NCBI GenBank assembly: GCA_003973265.1
Contig: QNYZ01000037.1
Span: forward strand, 2,220-66,219
From: Deltaproteobacteria bacterium
GTDB lineage: Bacteria; Desulfobacterota; Desulfobacteria; Desulfobacterales; QNYZ01
Reading direction: 5' to 3'
Length of the DNA stretch: 64,000 nucleotides
In this document: piece after piece, positions 20,149 to 33,324 of the stretch
How the letters are laid out: every line of letters begins with the position of its first letter
How positions within the stretch are numbered: position 1 is the stretch's first letter
Position numbers and translations under genes: made by a program
The notes under the pieces: generated by a model
Told to the model about the DNA's origin: nothing
Databases searched by the model: none
What the model saw: the letters and a program-made list of their open reading frames with translations, nothing else

Positions 20149-20957
20149 TGAGTACGATATTGGAAGCACTTAAAAAGGCCGAACCCAAGCCTGCAATTGT
20201 CAAACAGCGGGTGGGCGTGGAATATACGCCCCGGCGAAAAGGCGGTGGCTCCGGATTCTGGCAAAAGAGAGGCGGTATCTATCTTATGGTCGCGATACTT
20301 CTATGCCTCCTTACGGGGGCTGGGGTATTGTGGTACAAAAATGCGTTGCCCGACAGCCCCGAAAAGAAAAACATACGCGCCGGTCAAGCCGCCCGGTCAT
20401 CATCCGGAGAAGCGGTACCCGTTGCGTCTCCGGCTCAGACGTTGACGCCTCGTCCTGCCGCCAAACCAGAGGCCGCGAAAAAACATATAAAACCAGAACC
20501 GGCACCACGACCGGGCGATGCCGGTATTCCTGGCCGCAGCCGAAAGAAAACTTTGGCCAGACAGACGTCCCGGGAAAAAAACCGTTTACAGCAACAGGGA
20601 TTAAAACAGAAACCACCCCAGGTGGTTGCAGAAAAACACCATTCTTCTTCCCCGTCTGTGGACGTTTCCCGCCCCGGAAAAGACCGGACCATGGCAAAAC
20701 CGGTTTCTGAAAAAAATATCAGATCGGATGCTGATAATCATGAACCCTGGCAGGATGCCTCCCCGCTTGCGGATAAGAAAATGAAACTGCAGGCGCTTGC
20801 CTGGTCTTCTCAGCCTCGAAAGCGGATGGTGGTAATCGACGGGCAGGTCATCCGGGAGGGGGATGATGTAAACGGGTATGCCGTGGCAAAAATTCGTAAA
20901 AAGGATATCATTCTGCAGAAAAGCGGGCAGTATTATAAGCTGGCGTTTAGACGATAA
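20148..20957 (+). CDS. ExeB/GspB-like protein
   Basis: MSTILEALKK start, single TM, low-complexity linker, C-terminal RMVVIDGQVIREGD; overlaps the exeA stop. Confidence 0.85.
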   Translation: MSTILEALKKAEPKPAIVKQRVGVEYTPRRKGGGSGFWQKRGGIYLMVAILLCLLTGAGVLWYKNALPDSPEKKNIRAGQAARSSSGEAVPVASPAQTLTPRPAAKPEAAKKHIKPEPAPRPGDAGIPGRSRKKTLARQTSREKNRLQQQGLKQKPPQVVAEKHHSSSPSVDVSRPGKDRTMAKPVSEKNIRSDADNHEPWQDASPLADKKMKLQALAWSSQPRKRMVVIDGQVIREGDDVNGYAVAKIRKKDIILQKSGQYYKLAFRR

Positions 20958-20981
20958 TCGGCAGCAGGCACAGCCGGCGGA

Positions 20982-21770
20982 CTATATCTCCAGAATCAAT
21001 CCAACCGGGCAGTGATCCGATCCGTAGATTTCATTGTCAATGAATGATTTTACTACCCAGCCTTTATCAACGATATCGCGGCTGACGAAAAAATAATCAA
21101 TTCGCCATCCGGCATTTCGTTCGCGGGCCTTGAACCGATATGACCACCACGAATATTTGACCGTTTCCGGATTAAAGTGGCGGAACGTGTCCACGTACCC
21201 GTGATCAACGATCCGGTCGAGCCAGTCCCGCTCGATTCTTAAAAATCCGGACCGTTTCTCGTTGGCCCTGGCATTTTTTAAATCGATTTCATTGTGTGCG
21301 ATATTGTAATCACCGCAGATGACGATACTGCGGCCGTCTGCCATGAGCTGATCAGTGTAGGCAAAGAAGTCCGCAAAAAAATCGAGTTTGTAATCCAGCC
21401 GCTCCTGGCTCATCTGGCCGTTGGGGAAATAGATGTTGAAAAAAACGAAATCGCCCATGTCCAGTTCAAGAATTCGGCCCTCATCATCGAAGCGTTCGAT
21501 GCCGATACCGGTCTTAACGGACCGGGGTGATATGCGGGAATAGACGCCGACACCGCTGTATCCTTTTTTGACAGCGGCATCTGACCAGTACGACTGGTAA
21601 CCGTCAATGGCCGTCATGCTTTCAGTTCGCTGATGGGCCTGCAGTTTGGTTTCCTGGAGGGCGAGAATATCCGCATTCAGGGTCGCAAACGTTTCCAGAA
21701 AACCTTTCTTCATGACCGCCCGCAGTCCATTCACATTCCAGGAAATCAGTTTAATCCGGCGGGTTTTCAT
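20982..21770 (-). CDS. xth: Exodeoxyribonuclease III / AP endonuclease
   Basis: SWNVNG, LQETK, YFPNG, GDYN, WRIDY, GSDHCP. Confidence 0.96.
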   Translation of the reverse strand: MKTRRIKLISWNVNGLRAVMKKGFLETFATLNADILALQETKLQAHQRTESMTAIDGYQSYWSDAAVKKGYSGVGVYSRISPRSVKTGIGIERFDDEGRILELDMGDFVFFNIYFPNGQMSQERLDYKLDFFADFFAYTDQLMADGRSIVICGDYNIAHNEIDLKNARANEKRSGFLRIERDWLDRIVDHGYVDTFRHFNPETVKYSWWSYRFKARERNAGWRIDYFFVSRDIVDKGWVVKSFIDNEIYGSDHCPVGLILEI

Positions 21771-21802
21771 TTCATCTCCGGTGGTCTATTTTCCGGTGAA
21801 AT

Positions 21803-21838
21803 AAAAAAGCCCCCATCTGTTCAGCATGGAGGCTTTTT
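21803..21838. terminator. Intrinsic terminator after groL
   Basis: A6-GCCCCCAT...ATGGAGGC-T5. Confidence 0.7.
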
Positions 21839-21895
21839 CTATCTGCGTGACGCGGGCACTCATTCGTCATGCGCAATCAAACGGGTCTGACGTCG

Positions 21896-23554
<1,659 letters not shown>

Positions 23555-23612
23555 TTTTGCTCAACCTCCATTTGTCTCGTTAGAGATAATTTCGTATTGT
23601 TTTAGAAAAAAA

Positions 23613-23900
23613 TTATTCGATGACGCCCAGAACATCATCTTCACGCATGATCAGGTATTCCTCGCCCCCGACCTTGACTTCCGTACCGGAATATTTTCCA
23701 AACAAAATCCGGTCGCCCTTCTTTAACTCCACAGGGGTTCTTTTGCCGTCATCGCCAACCTTACCGTTGCCTACGGAAATCACTTTCCCCTCGGCCGGTT
23801 TTTCTTTTGCCGTATCCGGGATAATGATACCGCCCTTGGTGGTGGTTTCTTCCTCGACGCGCTGAACCAGAATTCGATCCTGCAATGGTCTTAATTTCAT
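23613..23900 (-). CDS. groES: Co-chaperonin GroES
   Basis: [32 protein letters not shown]. Confidence 0.99.
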   Translation of the reverse strand: MKLRPLQDRILVQRVEEETTTKGGIIIPDTAKEKPAEGKVISVGNGKVGDDGKRTPVELKKGDRILFGKYSGTEVKVGGEEYLIMREDDVLGVIE

Positions 23901-24101
23901 TTGTCCATTTCTCCTTTTCTTGGTTTTAATTGTTTCAGAATTTTTTGCTGAGACATTCCTTCAGCGAATTGACTTTTCTGTCCACTTTATCGCTGCTAAG
24001 AATAAGCATCCGATCAGGGTTGTAAAGAGATCGGAAAACAAAATTTTATTTACGTTTTATTTCTCAAAATACCGGGGCTGATCCATTAATGCCTGTCAGT
24101 T

Positions 24102-24383
24102 TCAGTCCGCATTCTTAGATGCACTGTCGGCGGTGGATGTTTTTTCCGGGGTGGTGGATTTTGTATCCGGTTTTTTAGCCGCAGGCCTGGTTGCAGAGTC
24201 TTTTTTGCCGGCATAGTCCGTTACGTACCAGCCGGAACCTTTCAGATGGAAACTGCTGTGGGAGATAAGCTTGTGCAATTTTCCGCCGCAATTCCTGCAC
24301 CGGGTGAGCGGCTTGTCGGAAAATTTCTGGAGCGCTTCGGTGAAGTCGCCGCATTTTGTGCATTCATATTCGTAAATGGGCAT
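24102..24383 (-). CDS. FmdB family zinc-ribbon protein
   Basis: [12 protein letters not shown]...CRNCG...[11 protein letters not shown]. Confidence 0.92.
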   Translation of the reverse strand: MPIYEYECTKCGDFTEALQKFSDKPLTRCRNCGGKLHKLISHSSFHLKGSGWYVTDYAGKKDSATRPAAKKPDTKSTTPEKTSTADSASKNAD

Positions 24384-24476
24384 TTATGTCTCTCCTGATC
24401 CTGATTGAACCTGATTGAAATTGATAAATCGCGGTTGGAATAGATAAATCGCAACCCATTTTTCACAACCGGTCTA

Positions 24477-24504
24477 ATAATAATGAGGGATCCGGCGTTG
24501 TCAA
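24477..24504 (-). promoter_or_regulatory. Sigma70-like promoter upstream of the FmdB gene
   Basis: TTGACA-N16-TATTAT. Confidence 0.55.
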
Positions 24505-25058
24505 GATGCCGATACCGAACCATCGTAATAGGTCCGCCACCGGCTGTAAAATGATAACACGGATGATAGATTTTCAACACGCATACAGCCCAGGATATCA
24601 TGCGTTTTTTGATGGACGCGCATTTCCTCTTTCATTTTTTCAGAATCGGTTGCCACGAAATTCTGCATGAATTTGGTAAAGCGGACAATATGAACCAGCT
24701 CATGGGTGACAATATACAATGCAAACGGAAAAAGCCGGAGCTGAGGCGATCTTTCCAGTTCGTTAATAATGGCGTGATCCTGGAAACAGATTTTATACAG
24801 GTCGTAGGAAGCTGAAGAAAGCGAGGTGTCCGTCCGCTGCCCCTGATAGCGGACGATCTGGGCAAAGGGTCCATGAATCACTTCGTGGGGAGATAAATCC
24901 GCCAGGGTCTTGATATCGTATCTTCTTCCCAGCCACTCGCTGGCAGACAGCTTGTAGGCATTGCTGACCAGTTCCTCGGCCATGCTGGCGGAATCGTTGA
25001 CGGTCCGGACCTGTTCCGGGTTAAATATCTTCAGCCTGATCGTCGATTGTTTGCTCAA
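24501..25058 (-). CDS. Hypothetical protein with HExxH motif
   Basis: 185-aa ORF filling the gap; YIVTHELVHIVRF. Confidence 0.7.
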   Translation of the reverse strand: MSKQSTIRLKIFNPEQVRTVNDSASMAEELVSNAYKLSASEWLGRRYDIKTLADLSPHEVIHGPFAQIVRYQGQRTDTSLSSASYDLYKICFQDHAIINELERSPQLRLFPFALYIVTHELVHIVRFTKFMQNFVATDSEKMKEEMRVHQKTHDILGCMRVENLSSVLSFYSRWRTYYDGSVSAS

Positions 25059-25308
25059 TTTATGTTTTCACTCCGGCGATAGGTGCATTATCTACAAAAT
25101 AGAGGCTTCTGCTACCCCGCAGTATCGCTGTAAGCGGTGTATACCTGTAAAGAATGTAAAGGGCAAAGGCCTGAATGTCAAATCATGACGGTTTTATTGA
25201 CGATACGGCAAACGGTAGCGGCAAATAAAAAGGATGGACAATGCTTTCAGCCGATGTTATATATCTACAGAGCATGATTGAAAAATAGTTTTGAAAGGAG
25301 GTGATCGG

Positions 25309-25407
25309 TTGGGTAGCGTGATAAAAAAACGTCGGAAGAAAATGCGTAAACACAAGCACCGCAAGCTGCTTGCCCGGACACGTCATCAGAGAAGAAAGGG
25401 TAAATAA
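25309..25407 (+). CDS. bS22/AURKAIP1(COX24)-like small basic ribosomal protein, 32 aa (not in ORF track)
   Basis: AAAGGAGGTGAT SD, TTG start, MGSVIKKRRKKMRKHKHRKLLARTRHQRRKGK*, downstream terminator. Confidence 0.9.
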   Translation: MGSVIKKRRKKMRKHKHRKLLARTRHQRRKGK

Positions 25408-25430
25408 TGAGACCTGAATTCTTTTCTGCC

Positions 25431-25480
25431 AAAAAAAAGAGCACCGTCACTGAATTGATTCAGATAAGCGGTGCTTTTTA
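25431..25480. terminator. Bidirectional terminator between the bS22-like gene and hflC
   Basis: A8-GA-GCACCG...CGGTGC-T5 with inner CTGAAT/ATTCAG stem. Confidence 0.7.
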
Positions 25481-25510
25481 TTTGGAATTTGGAACCGCTT
25501 AGCGCAATCC

Positions 25511-26452
25511 CTATTCGGCAGGATAGCTTTTCAGGTATTGCAGAAATTGAGAGTCCGTTGATAAAACGACCTGGGTTTTACTGTCGAACGCGTCATTGTA
25601 GACCTCGAGGGTCTTGGTAAATGAATAAAATTCGGGATCCACGCCAAAGGCCTTGGCCAGGATCAGAGTCACTTGCGCATCGGCTTTCCCCTTGATTTCC
25701 TGGGCGGTTCTGTAGGCCTCGGAAGTAATTCGTTTCAGATCCTTTTCCTTTTCCCCGCGTATTTCCAGGGCTTCTCCCGTGCCCTCGGAGCGAAATTTTT
25801 CGGCAATCTGTTTCCGCTCGGCAATCATTCGGCCATAAACCGATTTTCGTACTTCTTCCACATAGTTGATCCGTTTGAGCTTGACGTCAACCAGTTCGAT
25901 GCCGAACTTGGTCAGCTTGGGCTGGGCCTGGGCAAGGATTTTTTCAGTAATCTTATTTCGTCCCGTGACGACATGAAAGTTATATACCTTCTTGACATCC
26001 TTCAGCCCCACCTCGTACGTATCCAGCGGCCGGTTGGTCAACCGGACCGCTTCAATCAGTGGGTTGGAGGTAATCAGGTTTCGTACCGCCGGGTCGATAA
26101 TACCGTCTAAACTTCTCTTTGCGGTAAATTCATCGGTCACCGTCTGGAAAAAAGCCACCGGATCAACAATTCGCCACCGGGCAAAGGGATCGACCCAGAT
26201 AAAAGTCTTATCCAGGGTGGGGATCTGGCCCGGATCACCGTCCCATTCCAGCAGGTATTTGGGAAACCGGTTTACGACTTGAATTACCGGGACTTTAAGT
26301 TTCAGACCGGGTGATTTGATCGGTTTGCCAACGACCCGGCCGAACTGGGTAATCACCACCTGTTCGGTTTCATCAACAATGTAGATGGAATTGTAGACGA
26401 CGAGAGCAATGGCCCCCAATATAATTAAGAATACAGCGTTTTTTGATTTCAT
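25511..26452 (-). CDS. hflC: FtsH protease modulator HflC
   Basis: TM plus SPFH domain; RMIAERKQIA, DPEFYSF; 1-nt overlap with hflK. Confidence 0.95.
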   Translation of the reverse strand: MKSKNAVFLIILGAIALVVYNSIYIVDETEQVVITQFGRVVGKPIKSPGLKLKVPVIQVVNRFPKYLLEWDGDPGQIPTLDKTFIWVDPFARWRIVDPVAFFQTVTDEFTAKRSLDGIIDPAVRNLITSNPLIEAVRLTNRPLDTYEVGLKDVKKVYNFHVVTGRNKITEKILAQAQPKLTKFGIELVDVKLKRINYVEEVRKSVYGRMIAERKQIAEKFRSEGTGEALEIRGEKEKDLKRITSEAYRTAQEIKGKADAQVTLILAKAFGVDPEFYSFTKTLEVYNDAFDSKTQVVLSTDSQFLQYLKSYPAE

Positions 26453-27492
26453 TATTTAATCCCCGTCTGTTTCCCCAGGTTCAGCAGGGGGAGAAGGTTT
26501 TGCTGGTTTGAATCGACAATAAATTTTTGCCCCATTTTCGGGAATAACTCGCGAATGGCATCCAGATAGAGCCGCCGCTTGGTGATGTCTTTGGCCTTGG
26601 CGTATTCTTTGTACAGGGCGGTAAACCGGGTGGCATCACCCTTGGCGCGGTTCACCTTGTCCAGCGCGTACCCTTCAGCCTCTCTGATGACGCGCTGGGC
26701 CTCGCCGCGGGCGGTGGGGATTGCTTTATTGTATTCTTTTTTGGCCTGATAGATCAGTCGTTCTTTTTCCTGAACCGCCTGGTTGACTTCGTTAAAAGAG
26801 GGTTGAACCGGCCCGGGAACATTGGTTTTTTTCATTTCAATCGTGATGATTTCAAGCCCGGATTCGGCGATATCCATCTCTTCCTGGAGTATTTTTCTGG
26901 CCTCATCGGCAACCTCTCTTCGTTTGCTGATGATTTCGTTGATGCTTCGATCGCCCACCACCATCCGCATGGAGGCTTCGGACATGTCCCGCAGCAGGCG
27001 TTTGACATCGCGAACCTTAAACAGATAATTATACGGATCCTTAATCCGGTATTGAACGATCCACGGGACCAGGGCCACATTTAAATCACCAGTCAGCATC
27101 AGCGCCACATTATTTTCAGTATCCGTCGAAATAGTCGCGCCTCTTCGTGACTGAATGGACCGGAACCCAAACTCCTCGGTTTCAACCTTGCGGACTGTGA
27201 CTTTGGTGACCTTTTCAATACCGGCCGGCCACTTAAAATGGAACCCGGGCTGGACGGTACGGACAAACCTGCCAAACCGCTGAATGACACCGACCTCATT
27301 TGTCGCCACGGTGAAATAAGCCGAGGTTGCCAGGAAAAGCGCCAAAAGAATCAGGATGACAATGGGTCCTCCCGGCAGTTTGATCTTTTTTATTTTATCA
27401 AGCACCTCGTCTACTTGGGGGGGGCGCCCGCCACCTGAATCGCCACCTTTGTATTTCTGGTGTTCTTTGAGTTTTTCCCAGTCCCAGTTCAT
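26452..27492 (-). CDS. hflK: FtsH protease modulator HflK
   Basis: TM plus SPFH domain; MLTGDLN, ARGEA...AEGY, TKRRLYLD. Confidence 0.95.
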   Translation of the reverse strand: MNWDWEKLKEHQKYKGGDSGGGRPPQVDEVLDKIKKIKLPGGPIVILILLALFLATSAYFTVATNEVGVIQRFGRFVRTVQPGFHFKWPAGIEKVTKVTVRKVETEEFGFRSIQSRRGATISTDTENNVALMLTGDLNVALVPWIVQYRIKDPYNYLFKVRDVKRLLRDMSEASMRMVVGDRSINEIISKRREVADEARKILQEEMDIAESGLEIITIEMKKTNVPGPVQPSFNEVNQAVQEKERLIYQAKKEYNKAIPTARGEAQRVIREAEGYALDKVNRAKGDATRFTALYKEYAKAKDITKRRLYLDAIRELFPKMGQKFIVDSNQQNLLPLLNLGKQTGIK

Positions 27493-27586
27493 GATTGAAG
27501 CCTTATATTTAAATTGAGTTTGTCTGTTTATCGGATTAATGGTCAGTTTTTAAAACGCTGGGCAATCAGCATAAAAATATACAATA

Positions 27587-27615
27587 ATTATAAATAATAC
27601 GCCCGGTGAAGTCAA
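27587..27615 (-). promoter_or_regulatory. Sigma70 promoter for hflKC
   Basis: TTGACT-N17-TATAAT. Confidence 0.75.
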
Positions 27616-27708
27616 GCGTAAACCGAAAACGATCTTATCGCCAGTCTAATAAAGGAAAGGGGGAGGGGACATTTGACGCAACCGGACAGGTTTAGTAAAC
27701 TCTGCGCC

Positions 27709-28080
27709 ATGAAACGAACCCGGAAAAAGCTGAAAAGACCCGTAGCCATTGGCAAGCGTCTTTCTGCGGTGCTGGATTCTATCCGGCGCTATGCCGATCA
27801 GGATCTGGTCCGGGTCTGGGAATTGTGGGACGTCACCGTGGGGGCGCGGCGGGCGGCGCATACCCGGCCGGCAGTGTTTAAAGACCAGCTGCTGGTGGTG
27901 TATGCCGATAGTTCGGCCTGGATTCATGAGCTCCAGTTTCAAAAAAATGAGATCATAAGTAAACTGAATGCCGCCCTTGAAAAAGAGATGATCACCGATA
28001 TCCGGTTTCGGATCGGACCTGTAAATGCTCCCGAAGATTCATCTGATCGTGTGAACAGGCGAAGCGGTCCCGCCGGATGA
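27709..28080 (+). CDS. DUF721/DciA family protein
   Basis: WDVTVG...AAHTRP...LVVYADSSAWIHEL...IRFRIG pattern. Confidence 0.85.
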   Translation: MKRTRKKLKRPVAIGKRLSAVLDSIRRYADQDLVRVWELWDVTVGARRAAHTRPAVFKDQLLVVYADSSAWIHELQFQKNEIISKLNAALEKEMITDIRFRIGPVNAPEDSSDRVNRRSGPAG

Positions 28081-28856
28081 TGGCTGGACATCAGCAGCCG
28101 GTCTTACCCCCTGATTCCGCCGATTTAACCCGCGATACGTTTTATAATGGTCGCCTGGTTATCTGTCAGCACAGGGCGGGATACCGTTTTTCGATCGATT
28201 CGATCCTTCTGGCCGGATTTGTCCGGCCCGGAAAAGAGGAGCGTCTGATGGACCTGGGGTGCGGGTGCGGGGTTATCTCTTTGATGCTGGCCTGCCGGTT
28301 TCCGGCATTGCGGTTTTACGGGGTTGAAATTCAACCGGCCCTGGCGTCACTGGCCCGGAAAAATGTGATTGAAAACAAGATGGGCGATCGGGTTCAGATT
28401 ATAGAAAGCGACATGAACGCTTTGTCTCAGCAGATCAGCAAGGGGCCGGTAGATATCGTTTTTTGTAACCCGCCGTTCGGGCGGGGCCGTTGTGGCCGTA
28501 TCAATCCCGATACGGAACGTGCCCTGGCCCGACATGAAATCAAGGTGTCGCTGGAAGAGGTCATTGCCGTTACGCGTCGGATGCTGCGAACCGGCGGCCG
28601 GTTTTTTACTGTTTTTCCCGCTGAACGGATCACCGATCTGCTTTATTCCATGCGTGCCCGGCGAATTGAACCCAAACGGATACGGATGGTTCATGCGTTT
28701 GCAACCAGCCGGCCCAACCGAATCCTGGTCGAGGGGGTCGCCGAAGGGCGGCCCGGAACTGTGATCGATTCACCACTGGTAATCTACCGGGCGGAAGGTG
28801 AGTATACCCGCGAGGTTCAGCGCCTGTTTACACTCCAAGACGGCCAAACCCGGTGA
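28077..28856 (+). CDS. tRNA1(Val) A37 N6-methyltransferase-like (YfiC/YabB) SAM methyltransferase
   Basis: GYRFSIDSILL, DLGCGCG, NPPF, ALARHE. Confidence 0.88.
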   Translation: MMAGHQQPVLPPDSADLTRDTFYNGRLVICQHRAGYRFSIDSILLAGFVRPGKEERLMDLGCGCGVISLMLACRFPALRFYGVEIQPALASLARKNVIENKMGDRVQIIESDMNALSQQISKGPVDIVFCNPPFGRGRCGRINPDTERALARHEIKVSLEEVIAVTRRMLRTGGRFFTVFPAERITDLLYSMRARRIEPKRIRMVHAFATSRPNRILVEGVAEGRPGTVIDSPLVIYRAEGEYTREVQRLFTLQDGQTR

Positions 28857-28959
28857 AGCAGATCAGGTGAGGCCAAATCTTCGATGAGGTTCAGTCAGAA
28901 TGAAATCAAAAGGGGAATTACACGACACCGGTCGTCCCGACGGGTGGATTGCTTGATTT

Positions 28960-29745
28960 TTACGTGTCGGTTTCCGGCGGAATTTCAACCGGTGACTGCC
29001 CCGGCCGATAGCGCCAGAGTCGAAGGGTATCTGACGTGAGGCTGGCATAGGTGAATGCTTCAATCCAGTTGCCCGTGTTGCAATAGATTTTACCCTGGCG
29101 ATGAAAAATTTCAGGGTGATGCGTATGTCCCATTAATACCATGTCAAATCCATTTTCAGCCAGAGACCAGGCCGCCTGGCGATAATGCCCGGGACCGAAT
29201 TTAGGCCCTTTATGACGATTGCGGCCCCGGCTGAGCCTTGAAAAAAAGGAGGCCAGGCCGACACCGATATCCGGGTGGATCAGCCGGTACCCGTTTTGTA
29301 AAAAGGGGTTTCGCAAGAATTTTTTCAGTATCCGGTAGCCGCTGTCCGCAGCAATGAGACCATCTCCATGGGTCAGGTAAATCCGGTGGCGGCCATGTGT
29401 CATTTCCCATGAATTCGGGTGAACCCGAATGCCGATATGGTCAGGCAAAAAGTTTCCCAGGGCAAAATCGTGGTTGCCGGCAATATAATGAACCTGAACG
29501 CCCTCTTGAACCAGGGCTTTCAGCGTGTAGAGGACATTGAAATAATCCGGACGGATCGCGTGGCGATACTCTACCCAGAAATCGAATAAATCACCCAGGA
29601 TGAACAGCTGATCGGCATCTTCACGGATAAGGGTTAAGAAGTCGACCAGCGTCTGCTCCCGGTGAGCCGGGTAGGGCAGATTCGCACCGAGGTGGGCGTC
29701 GGAGATAAAATAGGCCCGCTGGGCGGCTTTTTTAGTGGCAGTCAT
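28960..29745 (-). CDS. lpxH: UDP-2,3-diacylglucosamine hydrolase (LpxH-like metallophosphoesterase)
   Basis: SDAHLG, GDLFDFW, GNHD, HGD, GHTH. Confidence 0.8.
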   Translation of the reverse strand: MTATKKAAQRAYFISDAHLGANLPYPAHREQTLVDFLTLIREDADQLFILGDLFDFWVEYRHAIRPDYFNVLYTLKALVQEGVQVHYIAGNHDFALGNFLPDHIGIRVHPNSWEMTHGRHRIYLTHGDGLIAADSGYRILKKFLRNPFLQNGYRLIHPDIGVGLASFFSRLSRGRNRHKGPKFGPGHYRQAAWSLAENGFDMVLMGHTHHPEIFHRQGKIYCNTGNWIEAFTYASLTSDTLRLWRYRPGQSPVEIPPETDT

Positions 29746-30161
29746 GGCTGCTGGGCATCTGCTTCTTTTTTTAACTGGCTTTCAAGTTTGGCAAACAGCT
29801 CTTTTTTCTTCAGGGCCTGGTCAGCCTGGATCGATTCGACTTTTTTAGTAAAGAACTGTTTTTCGGATTTAAATTCAGCCAGGGCCTTGTCGAGTTCGCT
29901 GGTTGGCCGCACCTGCCTGAATCTTTCGATATTTAAATGCGCTTTGATGAAGAGACGGTCGCCATGGGCCTGTTCGACGGATTCGACAATCCCCTCTTTT
30001 ACCAGCCGTCGCAGAATATATCCGCCCCGCTCCAGGGATATGGCCAGATGCCGGCAGACATGATCCAGTGCCGGCGGGGCTTTTTCGGTGTGGCTGAGTA
30101 TTCGAATGGCAGCGACAAAGAGGTGCGCATCGGTATATAAGTTAAGGTCATGAGGCATCAT
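29742..30161 (-). CDS. Hypothetical protein (wHTH-like N-terminus, coiled-coil C-terminus)
   Basis: ORF with ATGA overlap into lpxH; helical, charged C-terminus; start uncertain (30161 or 30158). Confidence 0.7.
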   Translation of the reverse strand: MMPHDLNLYTDAHLFVAAIRILSHTEKAPPALDHVCRHLAISLERGGYILRRLVKEGIVESVEQAHGDRLFIKAHLNIERFRQVRPTSELDKALAEFKSEKQFFTKKVESIQADQALKKKELFAKLESQLKKEADAQQP

Positions 30162-30247
30162 TTTGAATCCATGCTTGACAATAAAAGGAATGAAATGTAT
30201 CAAATTTTATCAGTTTGTCAAGCGAATCAATGGCCAGAATACCTTAA

Positions 30248-31588
<1,341 letters not shown>

Positions 31589-31640
31589 CCCTGACAGGTG
31601 CTGTTTTTCGCGGAGCCCGAATGTGATACCCGTTTAATAA

Positions 31641-33305
<1,665 letters not shown>

Positions 33306-33324
33306 TAAAAGTTACCGTAAGATA

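Noticed and set aside
23901-24100. CIRCE element upstream of groES
   Set aside because: Only a TTAGCA half-site on the minus strand; no TTAGCACTC-N9-GAGTGCTAA.
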